A stretch of 64,000 nucleotides of DNA from assembly GCA_004524445.1 (NCBI GenBank), contig SDNP01000010.1:1-64000 (forward strand), in the 5' to 3' direction. The translations under genes and the position numbers were made by a program. The DNA comes from Candidatus Thorarchaeota archaeon (GTDB lineage Archaea > Asgardarchaeota > Thorarchaeia > Thorarchaeales > Thorarchaeaceae). Positions 41,015 to 50,263 of the stretch are shown piece after piece. The notes beneath the pieces are model-generated. The model did no database searches and was not told the DNA's origin. It saw only the letters and a program-made list of their open reading frames with translations. Every line of letters starts with the position of its first letter. The stretch's first letter is position 1.

Positions 41015-41275
41015 TCAGTAATCAGTCAATGCAGTCTGTCCTGTCTGACTTAGTTTCCAACCCGAGCCGTTTTTTTGCGGAGTGACAGTGCCCTCAGCCT
41101 GCATATTTTTCAGATGATAAAGAACCGTGCTATAGGTTACATCGATCTTCTCTGCAATCTCGGCAGCGGAGGTCCAATTATCATAATTCAAATGCTTCAA
41201 GATTTCGCTGCGGGTGATGAGCCCGGATCGGACATTCCGGATTTTGACCAGATAAGCACGTCGATTGAACTTCAG
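41015..41275 (-). CDS. Small winged-helix protein, probable CTG start
   Basis: SAAEIAEK...YSTVLYHLKNM..EG HTH; frame stays open 25 codons upstream of TTG 41200, to CTG 41275. Confidence 0.7.
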   Translation of the reverse strand: MKFNRRAYLVKIRNVRSGLITRSEILKHLNYDNWTSAAEIAEKIDVTYSTVLYHLKNMQAEGTVTPQKNGSGWKLSQTGQTALTDY

Positions 41276-41337
41276 TGTTTTTTACCCGTGAATATTTTGA
41301 ATCCTTGCCTCATCACTATATCGGTTATGGATGAGAA

Positions 41338-41616
41338 TTAGTGGCGTTCTACGTCTACAAGGTCTAAGAATGCAGATGGCTCTTGATCCTCAGCTATAGG
41401 TCGAATTCTGTAGCGCTTGTATTCATGCGAGAGCTTTGCTGCAACGCGAGTACCCATCAATTTCTTGAAGAGGCTGGCCTTTTTGCCTCTCCACAGGTAT
41501 ACTGTTTCGTTATCATGGTCTATGACAACAATTACTTTCGAAGTGTCCAGTTGAATTGTTTCGGTGGTTATGTCCACCAGCTGTGCATCAGAGTCCACTT
41601 CATAGGCGTCCAGCAT
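41338..41616 (-). CDS. Single-domain gelsolin-like protein (eukaryotic signature protein)
   Basis: LDTSKVIVVID...VYLWRGKKAS..KK.......A..L......I..I.EDQEPSAF matches the gelsolin repeat pattern. Confidence 0.8.
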   Translation of the reverse strand: MLDAYEVDSDAQLVDITTETIQLDTSKVIVVIDHDNETVYLWRGKKASLFKKLMGTRVAAKLSHEYKRYRIRPIAEDQEPSAFLDLVDVERH

Positions 41617-41766
41617 GATATCACTACCTTATAGTATTCACTAGTTGCAATGACCTATATTTGATTATCTTCTATTTAGAGATTGTGAGAAGTAGAGCGT
41701 TTCTCGTGTAATACAATATAATATAATTTGGAAATATCCTCAGTGAAATGGTAGAGTGACACTTAG

Positions 41767-42501
41767 GTGATACAAGTGAATTCTCCGGAGAGAGGAATCA
41801 TAAAATTCATCGATAGAGACTCGAGGAGAATTGAATTTGATTATGGCGGTTTCCAGCTGAATTATCCGTTGAATGCTATCCCGGAGTCACTCTATAATGC
41901 CTTAGCCACATTAGTTGATGGTTCTGAGGAGCCAATGCAAATCTATGGGCAGATGGTGAGGAATAGTGTCTACAAGCCGGCTGTTATTTCAAATGAGCAG
42001 ATTAAACCATTTGGTGTGAATGCCGCCACAAAGATCGTCAGATTGACTCTTACAGACGATGAGATTGAGAAGAGAATCAACGAGATTGAAGGTGTGATGC
42101 TCACCTTTCAAGGAAGGCCCTTTGAAGACACTATGTCACAGAGGATAGAATTGTATAAGGAGTTGCTCATCGACGATAACAAAATCGACCGGATGAGGTT
42201 GGGTGTCGCTGAAATGTTTGGCTTAAGAACGTACAACAATTTGCTTCACGACCCTCGATGTAGTCTAGCCTTTAGCTGGTACGACTCTGATAGTGGCCAA
42301 TCATTAGGATTTCAGATAAATTGCCTTGTTGAAATAGTACATCAAGGAGATCCATTTTATCGCTATATGCGTGTAATGCGCTCCTTATTTTCCAGGCGTT
42401 TCTTAGACTTGGAACATGAGGAATACATTTGTGCCTACAAGATGTTTATTTCAGAGGTTATAGACAAAAGCCTGGCAAGCTCGACAGGTTTTTCCCACTA
42501 A
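41767..42501 (+). CDS. PNPOx-like split-barrel family protein, paralog 1
   Basis: VNAATKI, TYNNL.HDPRCSLAF, FQINC..EI...GDPFY. Confidence 0.6.
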   Translation: MIQVNSPERGIIKFIDRDSRRIEFDYGGFQLNYPLNAIPESLYNALATLVDGSEEPMQIYGQMVRNSVYKPAVISNEQIKPFGVNAATKIVRLTLTDDEIEKRINEIEGVMLTFQGRPFEDTMSQRIELYKELLIDDNKIDRMRLGVAEMFGLRTYNNLLHDPRCSLAFSWYDSDSGQSLGFQINCLVEIVHQGDPFYRYMRVMRSLFSRRFLDLEHEEYICAYKMFISEVIDKSLASSTGFSH

Positions 42502-42563
42502 CCAGCAAGTGATTTATGTGATAACTGCTTATTGTCTTCCATATTAGGAATATTGAATGCATT

Positions 42564-43295
42564 GTGATAAGCATGCAGACTGAACATACTCGCGTACGTT
42601 TCATTGATCGCGAACTGAGAAAAATTGAGGTGGAACGAGGAGATATTGTGCTATCTTACCCTTTGAATGCGATACCCGATTCACTGTATGAGAAGATAGC
42701 AGGGGCTCTTGGTGGTGACGAACCCTCAGCAACAAATCTTCGCTCAGTCTATAGAGACACCGTGATGAAACCTGCAGTCTGTACTTTTGACATACATCGT
42801 CCATATCCAATCAATGTCGCTACAAAAATCGTCCGTTTGACCCTTACTGATTCTGAGCTCGAAAAAAAGATTAATGATATAGAGGGAAAAATCCTCAGCT
42901 TCCAAGGTGTTCCTTTTGACGATTCTATTGAAGATAGAATCCAATTCTACAGAGACCTCTTCATCGATGATAAGAAGATTGACAGGTTTAGGATTGGAGC
43001 TGTTGAGATGTACGGAGACGCCACATACTCCAATATTCTAAATGACCCTCGAGTAACGCTCGGATTCTATTGGCGTTCAAGCAATCCACCAAACGCCATG
43101 AGCTATCAAATCAATGCAATCGCAGAGATGGTGAACAAGGATGACCCCTTCTATAGATACATGTGGGCTCTAAGGGGACTCTTTTCGCATAGATTTTTGG
43201 ACTTGGGGCGCGATGAATATGTATGCGCCTACAAGTTTTGGGTTTCAGAAACTCATGAGAAATCATTGACTGGAAGAACTGGCTTTACGCCCTAG
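42564..43295 (+). CDS. PNPOx-like split-barrel family protein, paralog 2
   Basis: INVATKI, TYSNILNDPRVTLGF, YQINA..EM...DDPFY. Confidence 0.6.
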   Translation: MISMQTEHTRVRFIDRELRKIEVERGDIVLSYPLNAIPDSLYEKIAGALGGDEPSATNLRSVYRDTVMKPAVCTFDIHRPYPINVATKIVRLTLTDSELEKKINDIEGKILSFQGVPFDDSIEDRIQFYRDLFIDDKKIDRFRIGAVEMYGDATYSNILNDPRVTLGFYWRSSNPPNAMSYQINAIAEMVNKDDPFYRYMWALRGLFSHRFLDLGRDEYVCAYKFWVSETHEKSLTGRTGFTP

Positions 43296-43299
43296 GAAG

Positions 43300-45789
43300 C
43301 TAATAGTTGGTCAGCTTGAGCAGTCTTTCTGGCAATTCTTCGATGGATGCGATATCTAGTACAGCTCCATGAGACTTCTCGGCTAGTTTCTCAGCAGCTT
43401 GACTATTATATGAAGACCGTGGCACAAGAATAATCATCTCGATGCCCTGTTGCTTGAATTTGGTAGCTAATTCCTCACAGATTGATTGGTCAGACAAGTA
43501 AGCATCCGTACTGAAGATGAATATTTTCTCCTTTGCACGTGTATCCTCAAAATTCCGCAGAGCCAAGTTCATCGATTGGCGACCACCCGTCCCGCCGCTC
43601 GCACGAACCTCTAGCAAATCGGCAGCGACCTTTTCTACTGAAACTGATTTGTCAGCAATTTCTTTCACAACATGGGTGTGACTATCAAAGAGTACCACGC
43701 CAAAATCATCTTTCTGGACGCCATATAGGCCTGCCATGACGGATATGGATAGCATGCCCAGCTTCTCGGGACTATGCATCGAGCCTGATTTGTCAAGAGC
43801 CCAGTAAAACGCTCTGTGCCCCTGGTATGTTTCAGTGATCAGGAAATCCTCGGGGTCAACAAAGTTGAAATTCGTGTTTCCAGAGGAGAGCAGATGGTCT
43901 ATTGTTTCTTCCAGGTCGATAAGGTCAATGTCATCTCCGATACGGAATGGACGGACAGTTGTGGACTCTTGGATGCCCCCTAGCATTGATGAACCCATAG
44001 TCTGTCGAGAATAGCGAAGACCAAGGTCAATGAGCAGCTGACTGGCAATCTTCTTCAGACGTTGCCGCAATTCTGGGGGCAGTTCGTCTCGGTATGAGTA
44101 CCATATTCGAATCACATTAGAAGCTGGTCCGCCCATAAGACCACCGAATACAGAGTTCGCTCGCTTTTGATCGACGCCGTGCATTCCGCGGCCTGACTGG
44201 CCCATTGCCGCCCGCAGGTCATGGTGGCCAATTGCGCCTAATGCACTTTGGTTGTCCCTTTCATGTGCCATATCGGCAAGAATTCTCAGTTGTTGATGTG
44301 ATAAACCGGCTTGAGATACTAGAGTATGAAGCCTATCAAAATCCGAAACTCCAGCTTGAATTAGTTTCTTAATGACCTCGAAGGATGGGTTTAGCAACTC
44401 CTGAATTTCCGTATCACTCATTCCAACACGTCTACCGGCTTTGGTAACAGCCTGCTCAGAAGCCGGTGCCCCCATTGAGGAACATTGTTGTACGCTCTGT
44501 CGCAGATGAGTTCTATCAGGAGACCTGCCCATAACACCATCAGCGAGCTCCTGCATGCTTTCTTGCCATTTATTCCTGCATTGTGCGTCGGAAATTCCCT
44601 TCTTGAGATTCATCATCTCTTTGATTTTTTGTTTCAGAAAATCAGAAGGAGCAGACCGAGTGTCAGCATCCGTCAAGATATCATCAGTAACCCTGTCAAC
44701 AAGATCATTCCAACTGGATGTACTCCGATGATTTTCGGCAAGTTGACGGAAATCAACCTTATCTCGTGCACCCTGCTCGTAGAAGTCTGCATATGACTTC
44801 ATTACATTATCACTGACTCTTTCACCGGTAGCTGATTCGATACTGGATCCCATTTCCATGGCGTCGCTTAGTGAGTAGTTTCGGTATGCAGACTTCACAT
44901 GTTGGTCCAAAGAACCAGGGGTTCTCTCTAATCTCGATGCATACTCCGCAGCCTCATCAAGATTCTTGAGGCTCTTCTGCAGTTCTTTGTCCATGGCTTT
45001 GAGCATGTCGTCTGACAATCGTTCAAGGTCTTCCATGAGCTTCAGAGACTGAGCTGCAGAGGAAGGGTCACGATCTGCTAAGGCGGAGAATCTTTCTGCT
45101 ACGTCAGAGTCCCCACGTAAGGCGCGCGCAGCTATTTGTTCCGCCTCGAAGGATGAATCACAAATCCTTTCTAGAGAGTTCAATGTTGCTGCATTCAGGA
45201 GGTCTTTATGACTTAGGTTTCCTGTGCCTTGTATTAACTCGTCTGATGCCTTTTCCTTCAACTCCGAGTCAGAGGATATGCCTTGCAAAACGACATCTCC
45301 CTCATTCAAATAATCCATAGCTGCAGAATGCAGTTGCTTGTCCATTTTCTTTCGCAATTCTTGAAGGTAGGCATAGCCCGCCTCCACCTTATCTTGCTGA
45401 ATTTTTGCTGCAAGTTCTTGTTCTGCAATTATTTGGTCTATGATGGACTGGATATGCGTGTTATTTCCAGAGGCTGGCTTCTTCACCTCTTTGACTGGAG
45501 GAGGCGGCATTTTCTGCCGCTCTCTTCCGAGTAGAATATCTTCAGCAATTTTTCGTGCAATCTTTTGGTCAGGGGGGTGAGTTGTAAAGACTGCGGCATC
45601 CACAAAATCATCCAGTGATAATCCGCCTTGCTTGAAGTACCGGGCGGAAAGAAACTTCGGAATTGCTTGAGTCTGCCGAACACTCGGATAGAACCTGACT
45701 TCTTCTGATCTTCGCATGCGTGTCACAAATTCATGTGAGAAACCCGGAACATTTTCCATGGTGGATTCGATTCTAGGTTGATTGGCCAC
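43300..45789 (-). CDS. Large vWA-domain protein
   Basis: C-terminal MIDAS DKSGS...GGT...STD; GTG at 45789 with GAGGAG upstream. Confidence 0.85.
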   Translation of the reverse strand: MANQPRIESTMENVPGFSHEFVTRMRRSEEVRFYPSVRQTQAIPKFLSARYFKQGGLSLDDFVDAAVFTTHPPDQKIARKIAEDILLGRERQKMPPPPVKEVKKPASGNNTHIQSIIDQIIAEQELAAKIQQDKVEAGYAYLQELRKKMDKQLHSAAMDYLNEGDVVLQGISSDSELKEKASDELIQGTGNLSHKDLLNAATLNSLERICDSSFEAEQIAARALRGDSDVAERFSALADRDPSSAAQSLKLMEDLERLSDDMLKAMDKELQKSLKNLDEAAEYASRLERTPGSLDQHVKSAYRNYSLSDAMEMGSSIESATGERVSDNVMKSYADFYEQGARDKVDFRQLAENHRSTSSWNDLVDRVTDDILTDADTRSAPSDFLKQKIKEMMNLKKGISDAQCRNKWQESMQELADGVMGRSPDRTHLRQSVQQCSSMGAPASEQAVTKAGRRVGMSDTEIQELLNPSFEVIKKLIQAGVSDFDRLHTLVSQAGLSHQQLRILADMAHERDNQSALGAIGHHDLRAAMGQSGRGMHGVDQKRANSVFGGLMGGPASNVIRIWYSYRDELPPELRQRLKKIASQLLIDLGLRYSRQTMGSSMLGGIQESTTVRPFRIGDDIDLIDLEETIDHLLSSGNTNFNFVDPEDFLITETYQGHRAFYWALDKSGSMHSPEKLGMLSISVMAGLYGVQKDDFGVVLFDSHTHVVKEIADKSVSVEKVAADLLEVRASGGTGGRQSMNLALRNFEDTRAKEKIFIFSTDAYLSDQSICEELATKFKQQGIEMIILVPRSSYNSQAAEKLAEKSHGAVLDIASIEELPERLLKLTNY

Positions 45790-46711
45790 TCTCAGAACTC
45801 CTCTTACTCCCAAGTACCCGTCTCACTAACGCATTAACGGCAGGCTCAGCATCTACTCCAGGTCGGAATCGCAGTGCTCCTACCAAGACGTAATGCGCTG
45901 CTGTTGAAAGAGTGTTATGATCTATCTCCTCTAGCCTCTTCCGCCTAGCCATCTGCGCGCTCAGTCTGGCAATCGAAATGCCAGCTCGAATAGATGCTGG
46001 AATCTCAATATCAGTTGAAGAGCGGGTTGCAGAGACAAGTGAGTAAATCTGCGCCAGTACATGATCTGATAGGTTATATTCCGGACAATTTACTTTCACT
46101 ATCTCGATTTCAGTAGCCTTCCTTGGATAGCCGAGCTTTATCCATACTCGAATCCGGTCTCTCAATGCTTCACTTAGCCTATGGGCACCAGCCATTTCCT
46201 CGGGATTCATACTCAGCACTGGAAAGAAATCCTCATCCGCTTGGATTCGCCCTAGACGCTGTACATTTGCTGAACGTTCTTCGAAGGGCTCAAGAAGACT
46301 ATTTTGAACATATTCAGGCAATCGATTGGCTTCATTAAGCCCGAATACTGAGCCGAAAACCATGGATTTTAGGAGAGGCCCTGGTTCAAAAGATTCGAGA
46401 TTGAACCCCTTCTGCAATACCAATGCCGGATTGAAGGAGCCAATAAGATGCGACGGTCTCACGCCCTCGTCGCCCGTAATCCAGTGGAAGTTCCTCTTGC
46501 TCTTTTCAGCATAGGCACGTAGAAGCAGAGTTTTACCCACTCCAGGTGGGCCCACTATACCTGGTATGAGACCTGCATTCTCGCAGTCCTCCAACACCTC
46601 AAATGCGTCCTTATATTGCTCCTTTATGACTATGCGTACACGTTCCTGTGAAGCGGCATCCATGCGCTTCTTGAACTGCGATGCGAATAATCGATGTTCT
46701 TTTTGCACCAT
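45773..46711 (-). CDS. MoxR-family AAA+ ATPase
   Basis: GPPGVGKT, PGPL, NEANR, MNP, LSEALRDR, SIR. Confidence 0.9.
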   Translation of the reverse strand: MVQKEHRLFASQFKKRMDAASQERVRIVIKEQYKDAFEVLEDCENAGLIPGIVGPPGVGKTLLLRAYAEKSKRNFHWITGDEGVRPSHLIGSFNPALVLQKGFNLESFEPGPLLKSMVFGSVFGLNEANRLPEYVQNSLLEPFEERSANVQRLGRIQADEDFFPVLSMNPEEMAGAHRLSEALRDRIRVWIKLGYPRKATEIEIVKVNCPEYNLSDHVLAQIYSLVSATRSSTDIEIPASIRAGISIARLSAQMARRKRLEEIDHNTLSTAAHYVLVGALRFRPGVDAEPAVNALVRRVLGSKRSSESGQST

Positions 46712-46796
46712 AACGAACCCCCAATGTAAATTCGTTGTTAGACATCCATTTTAAACTACACTGTTTAATTCTAACGGTTGGTAGCTTGAATCTTCA

Positions 46797-47525
46797 TCAG
46801 CAATATATCTCATTAGCGGGATTATTCCCATATTTGACCCAGAATGCCAAAAAGAATACAGCTACGATGAATATGTAGTCGCCGATGTTATACAAGTAGG
46901 TGCCAAACAGAGCCAAGTAGAAAATCGTATCCTCCATTAGTGACGGAATTGTGTTTTTGACAAAATGAAGAATACTGGCAACTGGAATCACTACAGAAGC
47001 AAATTCAAAGAATATCGGCCGTGTCGAGTTGGCAGCTGCGGTCCAAAGTGTGAGCCCAGCTAGCGTCCACACAAAAATACGAGCTATATTGACGACAAAC
47101 AGCCCAATAACCGGATCAACACTACTAAAGGCAATTTGCAGAGGAGCAACCACCACTAGAAACAGGAATCCCTGCGAGGCCATGGTTGCATATTTGTTGG
47201 GGGATCTGTCGTTGAATGCTTTGAAAGCCTGCCAAAATAAACCACTATACAGGACGGCGAATACAGTTGTCAAGCCGCTTAACACTGATATAAGAACGGT
47301 GCCGTTCTGAGAAAACAATATTGGTCTATACGCCAGTAGTAGGCTGACAACAAAACCAGAGAACATGAAGACAGATGCATACAATCCGTATTTGAAGTAT
47401 CTCCTACTTGACTCTAGCCTTGCTGAACGAGTCCCTGTTTCCATTTCATATTCTTGTGTGTGATGCTCCATTTTCTTCCCCATACAATCAATAGAAAGTT
47501 TGGATGTGGTGAACGACTTCTTCAT
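46797..47525 (-). CDS. Hypothetical membrane protein
   Basis: About 6 TM helices. Confidence 0.65.
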   Translation of the reverse strand: MKKSFTTSKLSIDCMGKKMEHHTQEYEMETGTRSARLESSRRYFKYGLYASVFMFSGFVVSLLLAYRPILFSQNGTVLISVLSGLTTVFAVLYSGLFWQAFKAFNDRSPNKYATMASQGFLFLVVVAPLQIAFSSVDPVIGLFVVNIARIFVWTLAGLTLWTAAANSTRPIFFEFASVVIPVASILHFVKNTIPSLMEDTIFYLALFGTYLYNIGDYIFIVAVFFLAFWVKYGNNPANEIYC

Positions 47526-47677
47526 TTAACATGGCAATTCCAGAAACATAAAAGTCTGGTTTATCCACCAACTTTCACGTGTTTCATATTTCTACTTAAT
47601 ATAAGGGATAACATCAAGCTGTGAATAATTTTGCGGCTGAAAAAATATCAAAGTAAATTGTGTTTATGTGCCCTTCT

Positions 47678-48331
47678 TTAGGGGAGTTGGGACATCCTGC
47701 GGAAGAAAATTGCGAATAAGAGAATGGGTCTAATAATTCCACACGTAATGAAATTTGGAATAATAAAGGGATTACTCGTGAACCTTGCCTGGTATAGAAT
47801 GATTTGGATATTTCTAGTAAGGGCAAAAACACTGAAGGCAGTACAGAGAAGAAATACGAAACACATACTGATGTAGAGTTGCCTGTCTTTTGCTCTGTTT
47901 CGCTCCGACCAAAATACCACTGCTGCCAGCGCAGAGATGGTAATTCCAGATACTAAAGAAACAAAAAAGGATGGAGTCGATGGTGATAAAAATCCAGCGA
48001 CTGAAAATAAAACCATTGCCAAATAGCCGAGAGCCGCATAGTATGCAAAACGATTATTGAACTCGCGATAGACGGCCTGAAATCCCCTAGAAATCAAAAA
48101 TATTGATGCAATATCTACTATATTCGAAATAAGGTAGAGTGCATTAGAGATAAGTAAATTGATCGAGCCTGAAGTCCAAGAGATCAATAAATACATGGTT
48201 AGAACTGACAGTACATTCCGTACGACTATTTGGATTGATACGCCAATTAGTCCTAGCCGGTATAGTTTCTTAATTTCCTTAGAAATGGCAGGTGGTATTA
48301 CTCCCATATCGTAATGAATGCCTTTACCCAA
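47678..48331 (-). CDS. Hypothetical membrane protein
   Basis: About 6 TM helices, AT-rich coding. Confidence 0.65.
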   Translation of the reverse strand: MGKGIHYDMGVIPPAISKEIKKLYRLGLIGVSIQIVVRNVLSVLTMYLLISWTSGSINLLISNALYLISNIVDIASIFLISRGFQAVYREFNNRFAYYAALGYLAMVLFSVAGFLSPSTPSFFVSLVSGITISALAAVVFWSERNRAKDRQLYISMCFVFLLCTAFSVFALTRNIQIILYQARFTSNPFIIPNFITCGIIRPILLFAIFFRRMSQLP

Positions 48332-48489
48332 TTGACCTACACCCTAACCTAGTACTGGAATTCCCCAGAGCCTTTCAGTTTTTCCCATTAGAAGAGAGCT
48401 GCAAGATTTGACAACAAGCAATTCTGCGGGACTGTCTTAGATTCAATGGTTGGCTCTCAGCAGAAGCAGCATGCCTTTACAAAGATGTT

Positions 48490-49473
48490 TCACTGCATGA
48501 AGCATGAAGATTTTGTGAAAACACTAGGTGTCCCGCCAGTATGCCAGAAAAGGACCTTCTCATCGGATTCGATTTCGCCAGCCAATGCCATTCTTATCAG
48601 AGCCATTGCTGCTCGACCCGTATAGACCGGATCTAAAAGGATGGCATCCATCTTCGCGAACATCTCGATTGAACTCTTCACTCCATCACTCATTAGTGAG
48701 TATCCTTCTCCAAGAAATCTATCATCAATAGTGAAGTCGGGCGTGGATTTGGGGATGAAATCGTATTCCCTCTGCATCTCAACTAGTAGGTTGTTTACTT
48801 TCGCTCTATGCTGTTCTACATCATCCATAACAGTGATAGCTATGATTTCTGAATCAATGTCCATCAGTTGAGCGCCTACCAACATTCCTGCGATCGTACC
48901 TGCAGTGCCAGATGCCATAATAATGCGGTCCGGAGAAGAGCCAACCTCATCAAATTGGAGCTTGACCTCCTCCATCGCCTTGACATACCCTAATGACCCG
49001 AGTGGGTAGGCAGCTCCGGCTGGAATTCTATGTGGTTTGAGTCCTAAATCTTGCAGCGTGTCAATAATAGTATCAAGCCGACCTGACAACGAATGAAAAT
49101 CGTCATCTGGGAAGAATTTCAATTCAGCGCCTAAGAGCATGTCAAGAAGCAAATTACCTTCATAGACATCAGGCTCTTCACCTGCAAGAAGAAGGATACA
49201 TCTCAATCCGGCAACTGCAGCTGCTGCAGCAGTTTGTCTACAATGATTTGACTGCAGGGCGCCAACTGTGACAAGGGTGTCTGCATTCTCCTCCATTGCC
49301 TTTCCAAGAACATACTCTAGCTTTCTGGTCTTATTACCCCCAAATGCGAGGCCTGTTAGGTCATCGCGCTTAATCCATATTTCATTTAGCCCTAGGGAGT
49401 CCTCGAGATGCGATAATCGATGAAGGGGAGTCGGAAGATTTGCCAAATGAAATCGGGGGATATCTTCAAGCAT
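48490..49473 (-). CDS. D-cysteine desulfhydrase / ACC deaminase family PLP enzyme
   Basis: PTPL, KRDDLTG...GGNKTRKLEY, QSNHCR, LDPVYT, WHTGG. Confidence 0.9.
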   Translation of the reverse strand: MLEDIPRFHLANLPTPLHRLSHLEDSLGLNEIWIKRDDLTGLAFGGNKTRKLEYVLGKAMEENADTLVTVGALQSNHCRQTAAAAAVAGLRCILLLAGEEPDVYEGNLLLDMLLGAELKFFPDDDFHSLSGRLDTIIDTLQDLGLKPHRIPAGAAYPLGSLGYVKAMEEVKLQFDEVGSSPDRIIMASGTAGTIAGMLVGAQLMDIDSEIIAITVMDDVEQHRAKVNNLLVEMQREYDFIPKSTPDFTIDDRFLGEGYSLMSDGVKSSIEMFAKMDAILLDPVYTGRAAMALIRMALAGEIESDEKVLFWHTGGTPSVFTKSSCFMQ

Positions 49474-49929
49474 CGGTTACACAGTCGTTCCAGTTAACAG
49501 TGAGATGAGATACATCAGTCTTGTTATGATGATAGCAGCCAACAGCGGATTCACGCCGCAGTTGGCCATGCATGTGCATAGGTCTACAAGGATAGCAGTG
49601 TTAAAAATCTCTCTAGATACGAGAATCGCGATTGAAATCAACCTCCCGCTATGATTCCAAGCAGAACCAATGCGCCACCGAAGTCAATCATTGCCAAGGA
49701 AGCCCGTACAATCTCAACGCCCCGAGTCAATTCAAGCACTCTAATTGTTCGTTCCAAGAAACTCATACTGTCCTTCGCTCTTTTCCGATTCAAATTCTGC
49801 GGTTTCTTCCCTTTGAATCGCAGGAAATCTACGCTCCATAATGGAATTAATTCTCGATATCTTCCAGACTCATTTTTTTATTAGTCAGCTGGTGATGCTT
49901 CAAGGGGCAAATTCACCATAGCATTTACA

Positions 49930-50109
49930 TTAGAAAATGAACCAAAACACATCAGTAAATATTGCTAAAAGGATTGATATCAGAATCAAAGCTACAACAA
50001 TTTGACACCAACACTCGCAGCACCTGTCGCAGCACCCACTACTTTTTTCCTCATCTTCTTCATGGCGTTTTGGTGGCTGAATGTCGTCGGGCAGTGGAAT
50101 TTCAGTCAT
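49930..50109 (-). CDS. 59-aa cysteine-string tail-anchored microprotein (not in ORF track)
   Basis: GGAG-N8-ATG; MTEIPLPDDIQPPKRHEEDEEKSSGCCDRCCECWCQIVVALILISILLAIFTDVFWFIF*. Confidence 0.75.
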   Translation of the reverse strand: MTEIPLPDDIQPPKRHEEDEEKSSGCCDRCCECWCQIVVALILISILLAIFTDVFWFIF

Positions 50110-50263
50110 GTTTTCGGCTCCTAACTACGCTGAGATAATGTACCACAGTCCATTTTGTGTTCCTTAAGAAATTATTGGCATCAGATTGGTGAAAATGTCC
50201 TATCCAGAAGAAAGATAACTGAGAACATCTTAGGGAACAAGTCTAGATCATGAAGGCGGTCAC

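Noticed and set aside
49536-49568. attC-like hairpin (gccaac-agcgg...ccgc-a-gttggc)
   Set aside because: Too short, does not match GTTRRRY, single copy, no integrase
49632-49884. Short ORFs on both strands upstream of the desulfhydrase gene
   Set aside because: No recognisable motif, ribosome site or consistent frame
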